Shown here one piece after another: positions 41,601-49,485 of a stretch of 64,000 nt of DNA; the first letter of the stretch is position 1, and each line of letters starts with the position of its first letter. The translations under genes were made by a program, and so were the position numbers. The notes under the pieces were generated by a model. The model was not told where the DNA came from and did no database searches. It worked only from the letters and a program-made list of their open reading frames with translations. The stretch is from NCBI GenBank assembly GCA_963762525.1, contig CAVXKT010000007.1:21303-85302 (forward strand), written 5' to 3'. This DNA comes from an uncultured Pseudomonadota bacterium. GTDB lineage: Bacteria; Pseudomonadota; Alphaproteobacteria; Acetobacterales; Acetobacteraceae.

Positions 41601-41740
41601 CCCGCTCCCACGGTCAGTATGCGCGCGCCCGGGGCAATGTCGGGCGGACCGACGGGGATCAGTCCGGCGCTGGAACTCGGATCCGAAACCGACACGCCGG
41701 ATGAGCCGGATGAAGAGACCGCGCTCGGATTGCTGGACAT
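38681..41740 (-). CDS. 1019-aa secreted-type protein: right-handed parallel beta-helix N-terminal domain, Gly/Thr/Ala-rich repeat modules, T1SS-like C-terminus
   Basis: ORF 38681..42016. ATG at 41740 is preceded by cgaggcgtccc. Starts MSSNPSAVSSSGSSG. Beta-helix-like region ILTVGAGKEYASLAAAIGASRDGDVILVDAGTYTNDF...NGAGIRYEGG...NLYVG...VENNLIEKG. Three modules begin GGAGRLTV, GGAGRLTV and GGSGRLSV. Ends FDFLTGHGGGTDVITGFRVGTDKLVLKG... Confidence 0.75.
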   Translation of the reverse strand: MSSNPSAVSSSGSSGVSVSDPSSSAGLIPVGPPDIAPGARILTVGAGKEYASLAAAIGASRDGDVILVDAGTYTNDFATIKTKITIEGVGGMVDLVATVPPPNFKGILTVDNDVTIKNLSFSGCAIPDAEGGNGAGIRYEGGQMTLVNDAFIGNQDGILAPPVIAGLTNTISIDHCLFSGNGSGTGYTHNLYVGAVASLTATNSIFENAKVGHEFKSRALVNTIEDNVFQDGPTGTASYDIDLPNGGVDVVENNLIEKGPQAQNTAMVHFGGEGIPYAGSSLLVQDNQFVNDKGNATIGVLNQTAISVTIAGNSFASMTPGQVANGPATEIGNTGANGVKLPDSTLTGVLPGHTLVITDTATHSVNLNGSITAVEGGAGRLTVTATAGHVVAVGGAGGLDFTEVAPSGGNTISTEAGTVNSLHLSGQDLIDSEGTDTIVGGAGNLSGQVGGSATIEDGSGDDQWTVTGSATIHGHGGAPVVNVAANGSVAISGPLRNLQVLNNGGKAQFDIIQGGTEESMSLVGGAVNVRVYSATMNIATATGPKGTVMHLGVGNATVSSLGADVIYAGKGNDTVIVSGAASVYAGSGTLTLYGKGDTAGATFYGNGGDYRIDGDTGNITYYGGALASTIEAHLSNIKLIGGAGRLTVHGGSRETITGGSGGLTYTATDGGGAETITTAAGATDSLTLAGADTVNSWGTDTILGGPGNQTITVHGNSTITGSTGASTITLSGTDTLNGRGNDYVTVTAAAHATISAGKYARVSETNATVQFSAGTGTSAATALVSGGSAVLTTAASGIAITTGRGGTTGVTLGAGPASVTLYGADKVQAGGGADQITVMAANARIQGGSGRLSVIDSDPTAGNVTLLGGSGALTYKQGGAALSFIGGSGDAVIDGGYGSLFVSGAAGSLTVSGGTKGLRFVGGSGQAALTMTSGGGDVQFGSGDTAVKLAGWGNATSFDFLTGHGGGTDVITGFRVGTDKLVLKGVGVQSQTVAAGSLSLRLTDGTHVQLTGLTHTIAI

Positions 41741-41834
41741 GGGACGCCTCGACGAAACATCACGTCGTCCCACTTTTTGAGAGCGCGCCGAGGCTATGGG
41801 GTGTTTGGTTAATCCGACATGAATCGCCGCGATG

Positions 41835-41872
41835 ACGAATTCGTTGGCCGCTACCGACTGGCGAAATTCGCC
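41835..41872. promoter_or_regulatory. Two related palindromes (ACGAATTCGT and GGCGAAATTCGCC) in the divergent promoter region
   Basis: Read directly at 41835-41844 and 41860-41872. The region is visibly AT-richer than its flanks. Confidence 0.35.
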
Positions 41873-41939
41873 ACCATCGACCAACTTGCCCCAACTCCGC
41901 GACGGCAGTAGGGTCATTGCGGGTGAATAAGGGTCCTTG

Positions 41940-42185
41940 ATGGCGCTCGCCCCGAATCCCTCTCCCGGACCCGCCGAGATGAAGAACCTGCTCGCCGCCG
42001 CCGGCCTCACGCTCAATCCGGGGCAGACCGCCGATTTGGTGCTCGCATGGCGTCAGGTGGCAGCGTTGATCGCCCTGCTGCCGCGCGGCCGGCCGATGGC
42101 CGACGACCAGGCCTTTGTCTTCCGCCTACCCGCTTCCGCCCCGCCGCCGATATTGCCGACGGCGCGGGCCGCCAATCGACGATGA
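41940..42185 (+). CDS. Small protein translationally coupled to the amidase (AtzG/DUF4089/GatC-like candidate)
   Basis: About 81 aa (alternative start MKNLL at 41979). ...AAAGLTLNPGQTADLVLAWRQVAALIALL...DDQAFVF. Its stop overlaps the amidase ATG (ATGA at 42182-42185). Confidence 0.5.
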   Translation: MALAPNPSPGPAEMKNLLAAAGLTLNPGQTADLVLAWRQVAALIALLPRGRPMADDQAFVFRLPASAPPPILPTARAANRR

Positions 42186-43597
42186 CCCCGCTCGGCATCG
42201 CCGAGGCTGCGCGGTTGCTCGGTGCGCGCAAGCTCTCGGCGGTCGAGCTGACCCGCGCCCATCTGGCGCGCATCGCCGCCCTTGATCCGAAGCTGAATGC
42301 CTTCATCACCGTGACCGAAGCACGCGCGCTCGCCGCCGCGCGCGCTGCCGACCGGCGGCTGAGGTCGGGTGATGCCGGGCCGCTCACCGGAATTCCGGTC
42401 GCCTACAAGGACATATTCGCCACCGCCGGCGTGCGCACCACGGCCCACTCGCGCCTGCTCGCCCAAAATATTCCCAATGCCGACGCCGAGACGGTGCGTC
42501 GGCTGGGCGCGGCCGGCGCGGTCATGCTCGGCAAGCTGGCCACCCATGAATTCGCCCTCGGCGGTCCCGCCTTCGACCTGCCCTGGCCGCCGGCGCGCAA
42601 TCCCTGGGACCCGCGCCGCTTCACCGGCGGTTCAAGCTCCGGCTCGGCCGCCGCCGTTGCCGCCGGAATGGCGCTCGGCGCGCTCGGCTCCGACACCGGC
42701 GGCTCGATCCGGCTGCCGGCGGCCTATTGCGGCATCGCCGGCCTGAAGCCCACGCCCGGCCTGGTGTCGCGCCGCGGCGTCATCCCGTTGGCGCCGTCAC
42801 TCGACACCGTGGGGCCGATGGCCTGGACGGCGCGTGACTGTGCGATCTTGCTGGATGCCCTCGCCGGACATGATCCGGCGGATCCGGCATCGGTCGCCGT
42901 ACCGGCGCCGCGCGGCGGCTACGCCCGCGCCGTCACCGGCCCGATCGCCGGGCTGCGAGTCGGGCTGCTTCGCGGCCATTACGAACGCGAGATTCCGGCA
43001 GCGCCCGAGACGCTACGCATGATGGCCGAGGCGACGCGCGTGCTCCGCGGCCTCGGCTGCCGCGTCGAGGAGGCGGGATTGCCGCCGGTCGCCGATTTCA
43101 ACGCGGTCGGCCGCGTAATCATCTGCGCCGAGGGATACGCGCTGCACGAGACAGATTTGCGGACCCGACTGGCCGACTATTCGCGCGTGTTCCGAATCCG
43201 TATCCTGGCCGGCGCGCTGATCCGCGCCGCCGACTATCTCGCCGCGCAACGCCGTCGCACCGACCTGATCGCGGCGGTTGCCGCGTCGTTCAGCCGGTTT
43301 GATGTCCTGGCCTCCGTGCCCGCCGCCGGGCCGGCGCCGCTGCTCGCTGATCAACGCCCAGACCAGGGTTTTGCGCACCCTTTCCTGTCGACCCTCGCCA
43401 ACGTCGCCGCCGTCCCGGCCCTGGTGGTCTGCGGCGGGTTCACCGGGCAAGGCCTGCCGCTCGGCATCGAGTTCATCGGCCCGGCTTGGAGCGAGGCCCG
43501 GCTGCTGCGCCTCGGCCATCAATTCGAGCGCGCCACCGCCACCCGCACGCGCCGCCCTCAACCTGTCGCCACCAACCCCAGCACCGCCTTGCCGTAG
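42182..43597 (+). CDS. Amidase signature (AS) family amidohydrolase (GatA/AtzE-like)
   Basis: ATG at 42182. KDIFATAGVRTT, GGSSSGSAAAVAAG and GSDTGGSIRLPAAYCG motifs. Confidence 0.88.
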   Translation: MTPLGIAEAARLLGARKLSAVELTRAHLARIAALDPKLNAFITVTEARALAAARAADRRLRSGDAGPLTGIPVAYKDIFATAGVRTTAHSRLLAQNIPNADAETVRRLGAAGAVMLGKLATHEFALGGPAFDLPWPPARNPWDPRRFTGGSSSGSAAAVAAGMALGALGSDTGGSIRLPAAYCGIAGLKPTPGLVSRRGVIPLAPSLDTVGPMAWTARDCAILLDALAGHDPADPASVAVPAPRGGYARAVTGPIAGLRVGLLRGHYEREIPAAPETLRMMAEATRVLRGLGCRVEEAGLPPVADFNAVGRVIICAEGYALHETDLRTRLADYSRVFRIRILAGALIRAADYLAAQRRRTDLIAAVAASFSRFDVLASVPAAGPAPLLADQRPDQGFAHPFLSTLANVAAVPALVVCGGFTGQGLPLGIEFIGPAWSEARLLRLGHQFERATATRTRRPQPVATNPSTALP

Positions 43598-45354
43598 CGC
43601 GCGAGCTTCGACGCGCCCACCCCCTTGAGCGCACCCAGCGCCGCCGGCGTCGCCGGGCGGGCGGCGGCGATGGCCCGCAGCACCGTATCGTGGAAGATCA
43701 CATAGGGCGGCACCGATTGCGCCTTCGCCTCGCGCGCCCGCCACTCGCGCAATGCCTCGAACCGCGCCTGCTCGTCGGGAGTGGTGGCCGCCTCGGACGT
43801 CGGTGCCGGCCGGCTGACCGGCGAGACCTCGGCGCGCACGCGAAACGCCGCTTCGCCCCGGAGCAGCGGGCGCGCCTTGTCGGGCACCAGGAACAGCCCG
43901 CCATGGCCCTCTATGTCCACGTCCAGCGCGCCCAGCGCGATCAGTTGGCGCAGCACCCCGCGCCAAAATGTGGCGGGCCGGTCGGTGCCGATCCCGAACA
44001 CGCTCAATCGATCGTGGCCGCAGCGCGCCACCATCTCGGTCTTCTCGCCGCGCAGCACTGCGATCACATGCACGGCGCCGAACCGCTGCCCGGTTCGATG
44101 CACCGCCGAGAGTGCCTTCTGCGCCTCGATTGCGGCCGGAAACGTTGCCGGCGGCGCGGTGCAGCAATCGCAATGGCCGCAATCTTCGGTCAGCACTTCG
44201 TCGAAGCAGAGCAGCAGCCGCCGCGTGCGGCACTCCACCGTCTCCGAGAAAGCGACCATCTCCTCCAGTTTCGCGCGCATCGTGCGCTTCTGCGCTTCGG
44301 GCGCGGTGCTGCGCACCACCCGATGTCGCGCCTGCGCGACCTCCTGCCCGCCATGCAGCAACAGCGTCTCCGACCGCTCACCGTCGCGTCCGGCGCGGCC
44401 GATCTGCTGATAGAACGCCTCCGGGCTGTCCGGCATATCGAGATGAACGACGAAGCGCACGTCGGGCCTGTCGATCCCCATCCCGAAGGCGATCGTGGCC
44501 ACCATCACCACCGGCTCGCCGGAGCGGAACCGTGCCAACGCCGCACGCTTCCTCTCCGGCTCCAGCCCCGCGTGAAAGGCCATCGCCGGCAGCCCGCGCG
44601 CCGCCAGTTGCGCCGCCCTCCGTTCGGTCTTGGCGCGCGTTCCGCAATAGACGATGCCGCAGGCGCCGCGCTGGCGCGCCAAGAATGCCAGCAACTGCGT
44701 CGTCTCGCCGGTCTTCGGTCGCGCCGCGATATGGAGGTTCGGGCGATGGAAGCTGGCGACAAAGACCGCTGCATCATCCATGCGCAAGCCGGCGAGGATG
44801 TCGGGACGGGTGCGCCGATCGGCGGTCGCCGTCAGAGCAATGCGCGGAATGCCGGGAAAGCGCTCCGCCAGCACCGCTAGCCCGCGATACTCGGGCCGGA
44901 ACTCGTGTCCCCATTGGGAGACGCAATGCGCCTCATCGATCGCGAACAACGCGAGCCGCGTCCGCGCCAGCCGGTCCAGCATTCCGTTCCCGAGCAACCG
45001 TTCCGGCGAGACATACAGCAGATCGAGTGCACCGGCGGCGAGGTCCCGCGTAATCATATGCGCCCGTGCGGGGTCCAGCTCGGAGTGCAGCGCGCCGGCG
45101 TTCACACCCAACTGGCGAAGCGCCGCCACCTGGTCGTCCATCAGCGCGATCAGCGGCGAGACGACGATGCCGGTGCCGGGCCGGCACAGCGCCGGGACCT
45201 GGTAGCACAGGCTCTTGCCGCCGCCGGTCGGCATCAGACAAAGCGCGTCGCCGCCCGCGACGATGTGGCGCACCACCTCCTCCTGCAATCCCCGAAAGGC
45301 GGGAAAGCCAAAGACGCGGCTCAGAACCTCCTTGGGGTCGGCGGCCGGCGACAC
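43558..45354 (-). CDS. recQ: ATP-dependent DNA helicase RecQ
   Basis: 598 aa. FGFPAFRGLQEEV, MPTGGGKSLCYQ, IDEAHCVSQWGHEFRPEY, zinc-binding CxxC cluster, C-terminal HRDC-like region. Confidence 0.95.
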   Translation of the reverse strand: MSPAADPKEVLSRVFGFPAFRGLQEEVVRHIVAGGDALCLMPTGGGKSLCYQVPALCRPGTGIVVSPLIALMDDQVAALRQLGVNAGALHSELDPARAHMITRDLAAGALDLLYVSPERLLGNGMLDRLARTRLALFAIDEAHCVSQWGHEFRPEYRGLAVLAERFPGIPRIALTATADRRTRPDILAGLRMDDAAVFVASFHRPNLHIAARPKTGETTQLLAFLARQRGACGIVYCGTRAKTERRAAQLAARGLPAMAFHAGLEPERKRAALARFRSGEPVVMVATIAFGMGIDRPDVRFVVHLDMPDSPEAFYQQIGRAGRDGERSETLLLHGGQEVAQARHRVVRSTAPEAQKRTMRAKLEEMVAFSETVECRTRRLLLCFDEVLTEDCGHCDCCTAPPATFPAAIEAQKALSAVHRTGQRFGAVHVIAVLRGEKTEMVARCGHDRLSVFGIGTDRPATFWRGVLRQLIALGALDVDIEGHGGLFLVPDKARPLLRGEAAFRVRAEVSPVSRPAPTSEAATTPDEQARFEALREWRAREAKAQSVPPYVIFHDTVLRAIAAARPATPAALGALKGVGASKLARYGKAVLGLVATG

Positions 45355-45362
45355 GCCGGCTT

Positions 45363-45899
45363 CTATTGGCTCGCGATCTGTGCGGCGCGAAGCTGGCGGG
45401 CGCGGTCGAGAATTTTGTTCTCGATGTCGCCCGTCGTGACGCCGCTCACCGGCGCGTCCTGCCAGCGCCCGTCCTGCAAAGTCTGACGGAAGATCGCCAC
45501 GCGCAGCCCGTCGCTGCGCAACTGGCGCCCGAGAATGTAGGCAGTGGCCTTGAACCGCTCATCTGTAACACCGGGCGGTGAATACCAGTCAGTGATGATG
45601 GTGCCGCCGAACGGATCGGCCGAGGCGAGCGGCATAAACGACAGCGTATCCAGCGCGCCGCGCCAGAGATAGGCGTTGACGCCAAGCGCTCCGCCGCCCT
45701 GATCGGCGCCGTTGCGATTGACGCCCTTGCCGACACCGAAGGTCAGCCCCTGGTCACCGAACACCGATCCCGCCTGCGGCGCCGGCTCCGGTCCGAAATA
45801 TCCGGCCATCGCCTCCGGCGGTTTGGTATTGGCGCCGCATCCGGCCAGAAGGCCACACGTGGCCATGACAAGCAGCGGTGCGGGCAGGCGAATCGTCAC
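45363..45899 (-). CDS. DUF3576 family lipoprotein
   Basis: GTG at 45899 is preceded by gagggaa. Lipobox LLAGC. ...GVNAYLWRGALDTLSFMPLASADPFGGTIITDWY... Confidence 0.7.
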   Translation of the reverse strand: MTIRLPAPLLVMATCGLLAGCGANTKPPEAMAGYFGPEPAPQAGSVFGDQGLTFGVGKGVNRNGADQGGGALGVNAYLWRGALDTLSFMPLASADPFGGTIITDWYSPPGVTDERFKATAYILGRQLRSDGLRVAIFRQTLQDGRWQDAPVSGVTTGDIENKILDRARQLRAAQIASQ

Positions 45900-46077
45900 G
45901 GGCGTTCCCTCACGCGGATGTGGCCTCTCTAAATCGATTTGCCGCCGCGACCGCAAATCCACGCTGGCCCCAAACCCGCCCCCGCCTGGCCGGCCGGTCC
46001 TCCAACGGCCCCCCACCGGCACGGCTCGCTCGCGAACCGAGCCGGGTGAGGGTACACCGGCGCCGGCAGGTGAGGGA

Positions 46078-46908
46078 TCAGATCCGCTGGATTAGCCCGC
46101 GGTGGCTCGGCGCGTCGAGGAAGCCGAGCAGCTCGGCCACCAAGCCGTCCTCACCAAGCTGCGCGCGTGTTGCCACAAGGCGTTCGGCGAACACGCCCTC
46201 GCCCTCGCCCTCGAACAGCAGTCGATAGGCCGTGCGCAGGCGCCGGATGCTGGTTTTGTCGAAGCCGCGTCGTTTCAGCCCGACCACGTTCAGCCCGACC
46301 AGCCGCGCGCGATTTCCGAGCACGCTCGCGAATGGCGGCACATCGGCTTCGACGCCGGAGACGCCGCCCACCATCGCGGCGCGGCCGATCCGGATGAATT
46401 GATGCAGCGCCGCCGCGCCCCCGATCACCGCGTGATCGCCGATCGTGACATGCCCGCCCATCACCACGTTATTGGCGATGATTACCCGGGTGCCGATCGC
46501 GCAATCATGCGCGACATGGGCGACCGCCATCAGCATCGCGTCGTCGCCGATCGTGGTCAGCCCGCGACCACCTGCGGTGCCACGATGGATGGTGCAATGC
46601 TCGCGAATTTGAGTGCGCGCGCCGATTTCGCAGCGCGTCGGTTCGCCCCGATATTTCAGATCCTGCGGCTCCAGCCCCACGGTGCAGAACGGATAGAGGA
46701 TCGCCTCGCGCCCGATTCGGGTGTGGCCGTCCACCACCACATGCGACACCAGGCGCACGTTGTCCTCAATGACGACGTGTGCGCCGATAGTGCAGAACGG
46801 CCCGATGCGAACGCCCGGCCCAAGCTGAGCGCCGCGGGCGACAATGGCGGTCGGATGGACCGAAGCCGGCGGCGATCTCGGAAAGGTTACAGCAGTCACG
46901 GCGTCCAT
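46078..46908 (-). CDS. lpxA: Acyl-ACP:UDP-N-acetylglucosamine O-acyltransferase
   Basis: Hexapeptide repeats (VHPTAIVARGAQLGPGVRIGPFCTIG...). C-terminal helical domain ...GLKRRGF.... Position after fabZ. Confidence 0.9.
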   Translation of the reverse strand: MDAVTAVTFPRSPPASVHPTAIVARGAQLGPGVRIGPFCTIGAHVVIEDNVRLVSHVVVDGHTRIGREAILYPFCTVGLEPQDLKYRGEPTRCEIGARTQIREHCTIHRGTAGGRGLTTIGDDAMLMAVAHVAHDCAIGTRVIIANNVVMGGHVTIGDHAVIGGAAALHQFIRIGRAAMVGGVSGVEADVPPFASVLGNRARLVGLNVVGLKRRGFDKTSIRRLRTAYRLLFEGEGEGVFAERLVATRAQLGEDGLVAELLGFLDAPSHRGLIQRI

Positions 46909-46990
46909 TCGCAGTCTTCCCCGAGCACGGCCGGACGCTAGGCGGACGATGCCGGCGCGGCCACTCAATCATTGTTGCCGCGTGTTACGG

Positions 46991-47467
46991 CTAACCTTGC
47001 CGGTCCATAATCATGGCCGCGTAAGTGGCTTCGGCGACCTCGGAACCGTCAACGCGCGCAATGGCGTGGAACTTCCAGACATTGCCGCGATTGCGCTCCT
47101 TATCGACATGGATGCGGAGCTGATCGCCGGGCACCACGGGGCGACGAAATTTGGCGCGCTCGATCGACATGAAATAGACCACTCGACCGGCGGCGGCCTC
47201 GCCCAGCGTTTCCACCACCAGCACCGCCGCCGTCTGCGCCATGCTCTCGATGATAAGAACGCCCGGCATTACCTTGTGTTGCGGGAAGTGGCCCTCGAAG
47301 AACGGTTCGTTGACGGAGACATTCTTGATGCCGATTGCCGACCGATCGCGCACCACATCCACCACGCGGTCGATCATCAGAAAGGGATAGCGGTGCGGAA
47401 TCGCGCGCATGATCCGTGCGCTGTCGGCCAACGCGATCGTGTCGGTTTCCGTCGGGGTCGCGTCCAT
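46991..47467 (-). CDS. fabZ: 3-hydroxyacyl-ACP dehydratase FabZ
   Basis: IPHRYPFLMIDRV...NEPFFEGHFP...MPGVLIIESMAQ. Confidence 0.95.
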   Translation of the reverse strand: MDATPTETDTIALADSARIMRAIPHRYPFLMIDRVVDVVRDRSAIGIKNVSVNEPFFEGHFPQHKVMPGVLIIESMAQTAAVLVVETLGEAAAGRVVYFMSIERAKFRRPVVPGDQLRIHVDKERNRGNVWKFHAIARVDGSEVAEATYAAMIMDRQG

Positions 47468-47471
47468 CGCC

Positions 47472-48536
47472 TCAACCCGTGCCCGTCGTACCCGGCGTGC
47501 CGTCGCCGCCGCGCCGTGTCAACCGCCGCAAGACCGCGACCTGGCGGAAGAACGCGCGCGCCGCCATCGCCGGGGTGCCCACGACCTCAAGCCCCGGCGC
47601 CACATCCGCCATCACCCCGGCCTGGGCGCCGATCCGCGCCCGCGCGCCGACCCGAAGATGCCCCGCAAAGCCGGCCTGGCCGCCGACGGTCACGAAGTCC
47701 TCAAGCACGGTCGAGCCGGAGATCCCGACCAGCGCGACGATCACGCATCCTCGTCCGAGGCGGACGTTGTGGCCGATCTGTACCAGATTGTCGAGCCGCG
47801 AGCCGGCGCCGATCACGGTGTCGGAAAGCGCGCCGCGGTCGATCGTGGTGTTGGCGCCCACCTCGACGTCGTCGCCGACGATCACCCGGCCGAGCTGCGG
47901 CAGGGTGCGCGGGCCATCCTGCGTCGCGGCCATGCTGAATCCTTCCTGGCCGAGACAGGCGCCGGGGTGGATGATTACACGCGCGCCGAGCAGGGCGTGG
48001 CTGAGGCTCGCGCGGGCGCCGATCCGGCCGTCGGGGCCGATCACCACGCCGTCGCCGATCACCGCGCCAGGCCCGATGCGGCAGCGCGCGCCGATTTCGG
48101 CCCGCGCCCCGATCACCGCCAGCGGGCCGATCTCGGCGGTCGGTTCGATCCGCGCGCTCGGATCGACTACGGCCGATGCATGACGGCCGGGTTGCGCCGG
48201 CGGCAACGGGTGAAACAGCTCGGCAACGCTGATCCAAGACAGCGCGGGATGGGGGCAGACAATGGCGATGCTGCCCGCCGGCACTTGCGACGCCGCCGCC
48301 GCGGAGACCAGAACGGCGCCGGCGCGCGTCGCCGCCAGAGCGCGCACATGGCGCGGGCCATCTGCATAAGCGACATCGGCAGCGGTCGCCGCGCCGAGCG
48401 GGGCCACCGCCACCAGCATTCGCCCGTCTTCCCCCGCGGCGTGCCCGCCGGCCGCCGCGGCGACGGCGGTCAGGGAATGCGGGCCGGCGCGGGCAAAGAA
48501 GCGCGGATCGCCGCAAGGTGTCTCCGGCGGCGTCAC
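47472..48536 (-). CDS. lpxD: UDP-3-O-acylglucosamine N-acyltransferase
   Basis: 354 aa. Left-handed beta-helix hexapeptide repeats. Conserved position between skp and fabZ. Confidence 0.9.
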   Translation of the reverse strand: MTPPETPCGDPRFFARAGPHSLTAVAAAAGGHAAGEDGRMLVAVAPLGAATAADVAYADGPRHVRALAATRAGAVLVSAAAASQVPAGSIAIVCPHPALSWISVAELFHPLPPAQPGRHASAVVDPSARIEPTAEIGPLAVIGARAEIGARCRIGPGAVIGDGVVIGPDGRIGARASLSHALLGARVIIHPGACLGQEGFSMAATQDGPRTLPQLGRVIVGDDVEVGANTTIDRGALSDTVIGAGSRLDNLVQIGHNVRLGRGCVIVALVGISGSTVLEDFVTVGGQAGFAGHLRVGARARIGAQAGVMADVAPGLEVVGTPAMAARAFFRQVAVLRRLTRRGGDGTPGTTGTG

Positions 48537-48549
48537 GCCACGGTCCGGC

Positions 48550-49485
48550 TCAGCGATGCGCCGGCTGGTGGGCGGGCGGCTGTCGGGACGCGGGCGTCGG
48601 AGCTTGTGTGTTGGCGGCCGTGGGCGTTGCCGCCGGAACCGCGGTCTCGGCCGGGCCGGCCGCGATCGCCGCGCCCATGGCGGCGGTCGCGGCGTTCGGT
48701 GCTGCCGAGGCGGTCGCCGGCAGCGCCGGCGGCGCTACGCCGTCCGGCGGGATCACCACCGTCGGCAGCGCCTTATTCAACAGCTCGGCAACCTGGGCGG
48801 TGATGTCGAACTCGCCCTGATTGAGCACCACCTCGGCACGCTGCAGTACGATGTTCATACCGCGCGAGGCGGCGACGCGCTGCACCACCTCGCTCAAGGT
48901 GCGCTGCAACTGCGCCAGCGCGTATTGACTCGCCTCCTGGATGATGCGGCCGCGCTCGGTAAACCGACGCCGCGACTCGGTGATGCGGTCCTGGAGCGCG
49001 CGCTCCTTGGTGCGGATCTGCTCGGCCGTGAGTTTGGCACGGTCGGTTGCGAGCTGCTGGCCCAGATCGCGCAGCGTCCCCTCTTCCTTCTGCGCATCGG
49101 CATTAAGCTTCTCGCGACGTTCGGCCAGCACCTTGTCGGCCTCGCGATAGGCGCTGGCGGCCCGCAGCGCGTCCTGGATCGACAGCACGCCGATCACCGC
49201 CGCCGGCGGCATCGCCCCGCGGGCAACCTCGGGGACGGGCGGCATCGGCGGCAACTGTGCCTGCAAAGGCTCCGGGGGCGCCTCCGCTGCCGCTGCGGCC
49301 GGGCCGGTGCCGAGGTTGCTCGGCTCCGGCGCCGGCCGGGGCGCTCCGGCGCGCGCCGCAGGGCGCGGGGCCGCAGTCTGACCGGGAATGAACCAGGCCG
49401 GGTTGTTGCCCTGCGCCATCGCCGCCGGCGCGAAAAGCAGCGCGGCGCCGGCGAGCAGCGCCGTACGTGGAAAGCGTGATGTCAC
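48550..49485 (-). CDS. skp: OmpH/Skp-family periplasmic chaperone with Pro/Ala-rich extensions
   Basis: GTG at 49485 (VTSRFPRTALLAGAALLFAPAAMAQ). Coiled-coil core ...EREKLNADAQKEEGTLRDLGQQL... Confidence 0.75.
   Translation of the reverse strand: MTSRFPRTALLAGAALLFAPAAMAQGNNPAWFIPGQTAAPRPAARAGAPRPAPEPSNLGTGPAAAAAEAPPEPLQAQLPPMPPVPEVARGAMPPAAVIGVLSIQDALRAASAYREADKVLAERREKLNADAQKEEGTLRDLGQQLATDRAKLTAEQIRTKERALQDRITESRRRFTERGRIIQEASQYALAQLQRTLSEVVQRVAASRGMNIVLQRAEVVLNQGEFDITAQVAELLNKALPTVVIPPDGVAPPALPATASAAPNAATAAMGAAIAAGPAETAVPAATPTAANTQAPTPASRQPPAHQPAHR

Noticed and set aside
38681-41740. Classifying the giant protein as a canonical RTX toxin.
   Set aside because: No tandem GGxGxDxUx nonapeptide blocks are present, only a few isolated GxGND-like turns. 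No acyltransferase or T1SS genes are nearby.
43558-43597. 40-nt convergent overlap of the amidase and recQ 3' ends as a regulatory antisense feature.
   Set aside because: Overlaps of convergent gene ends are common in compact high-GC genomes, and nothing else distinguishes the site.
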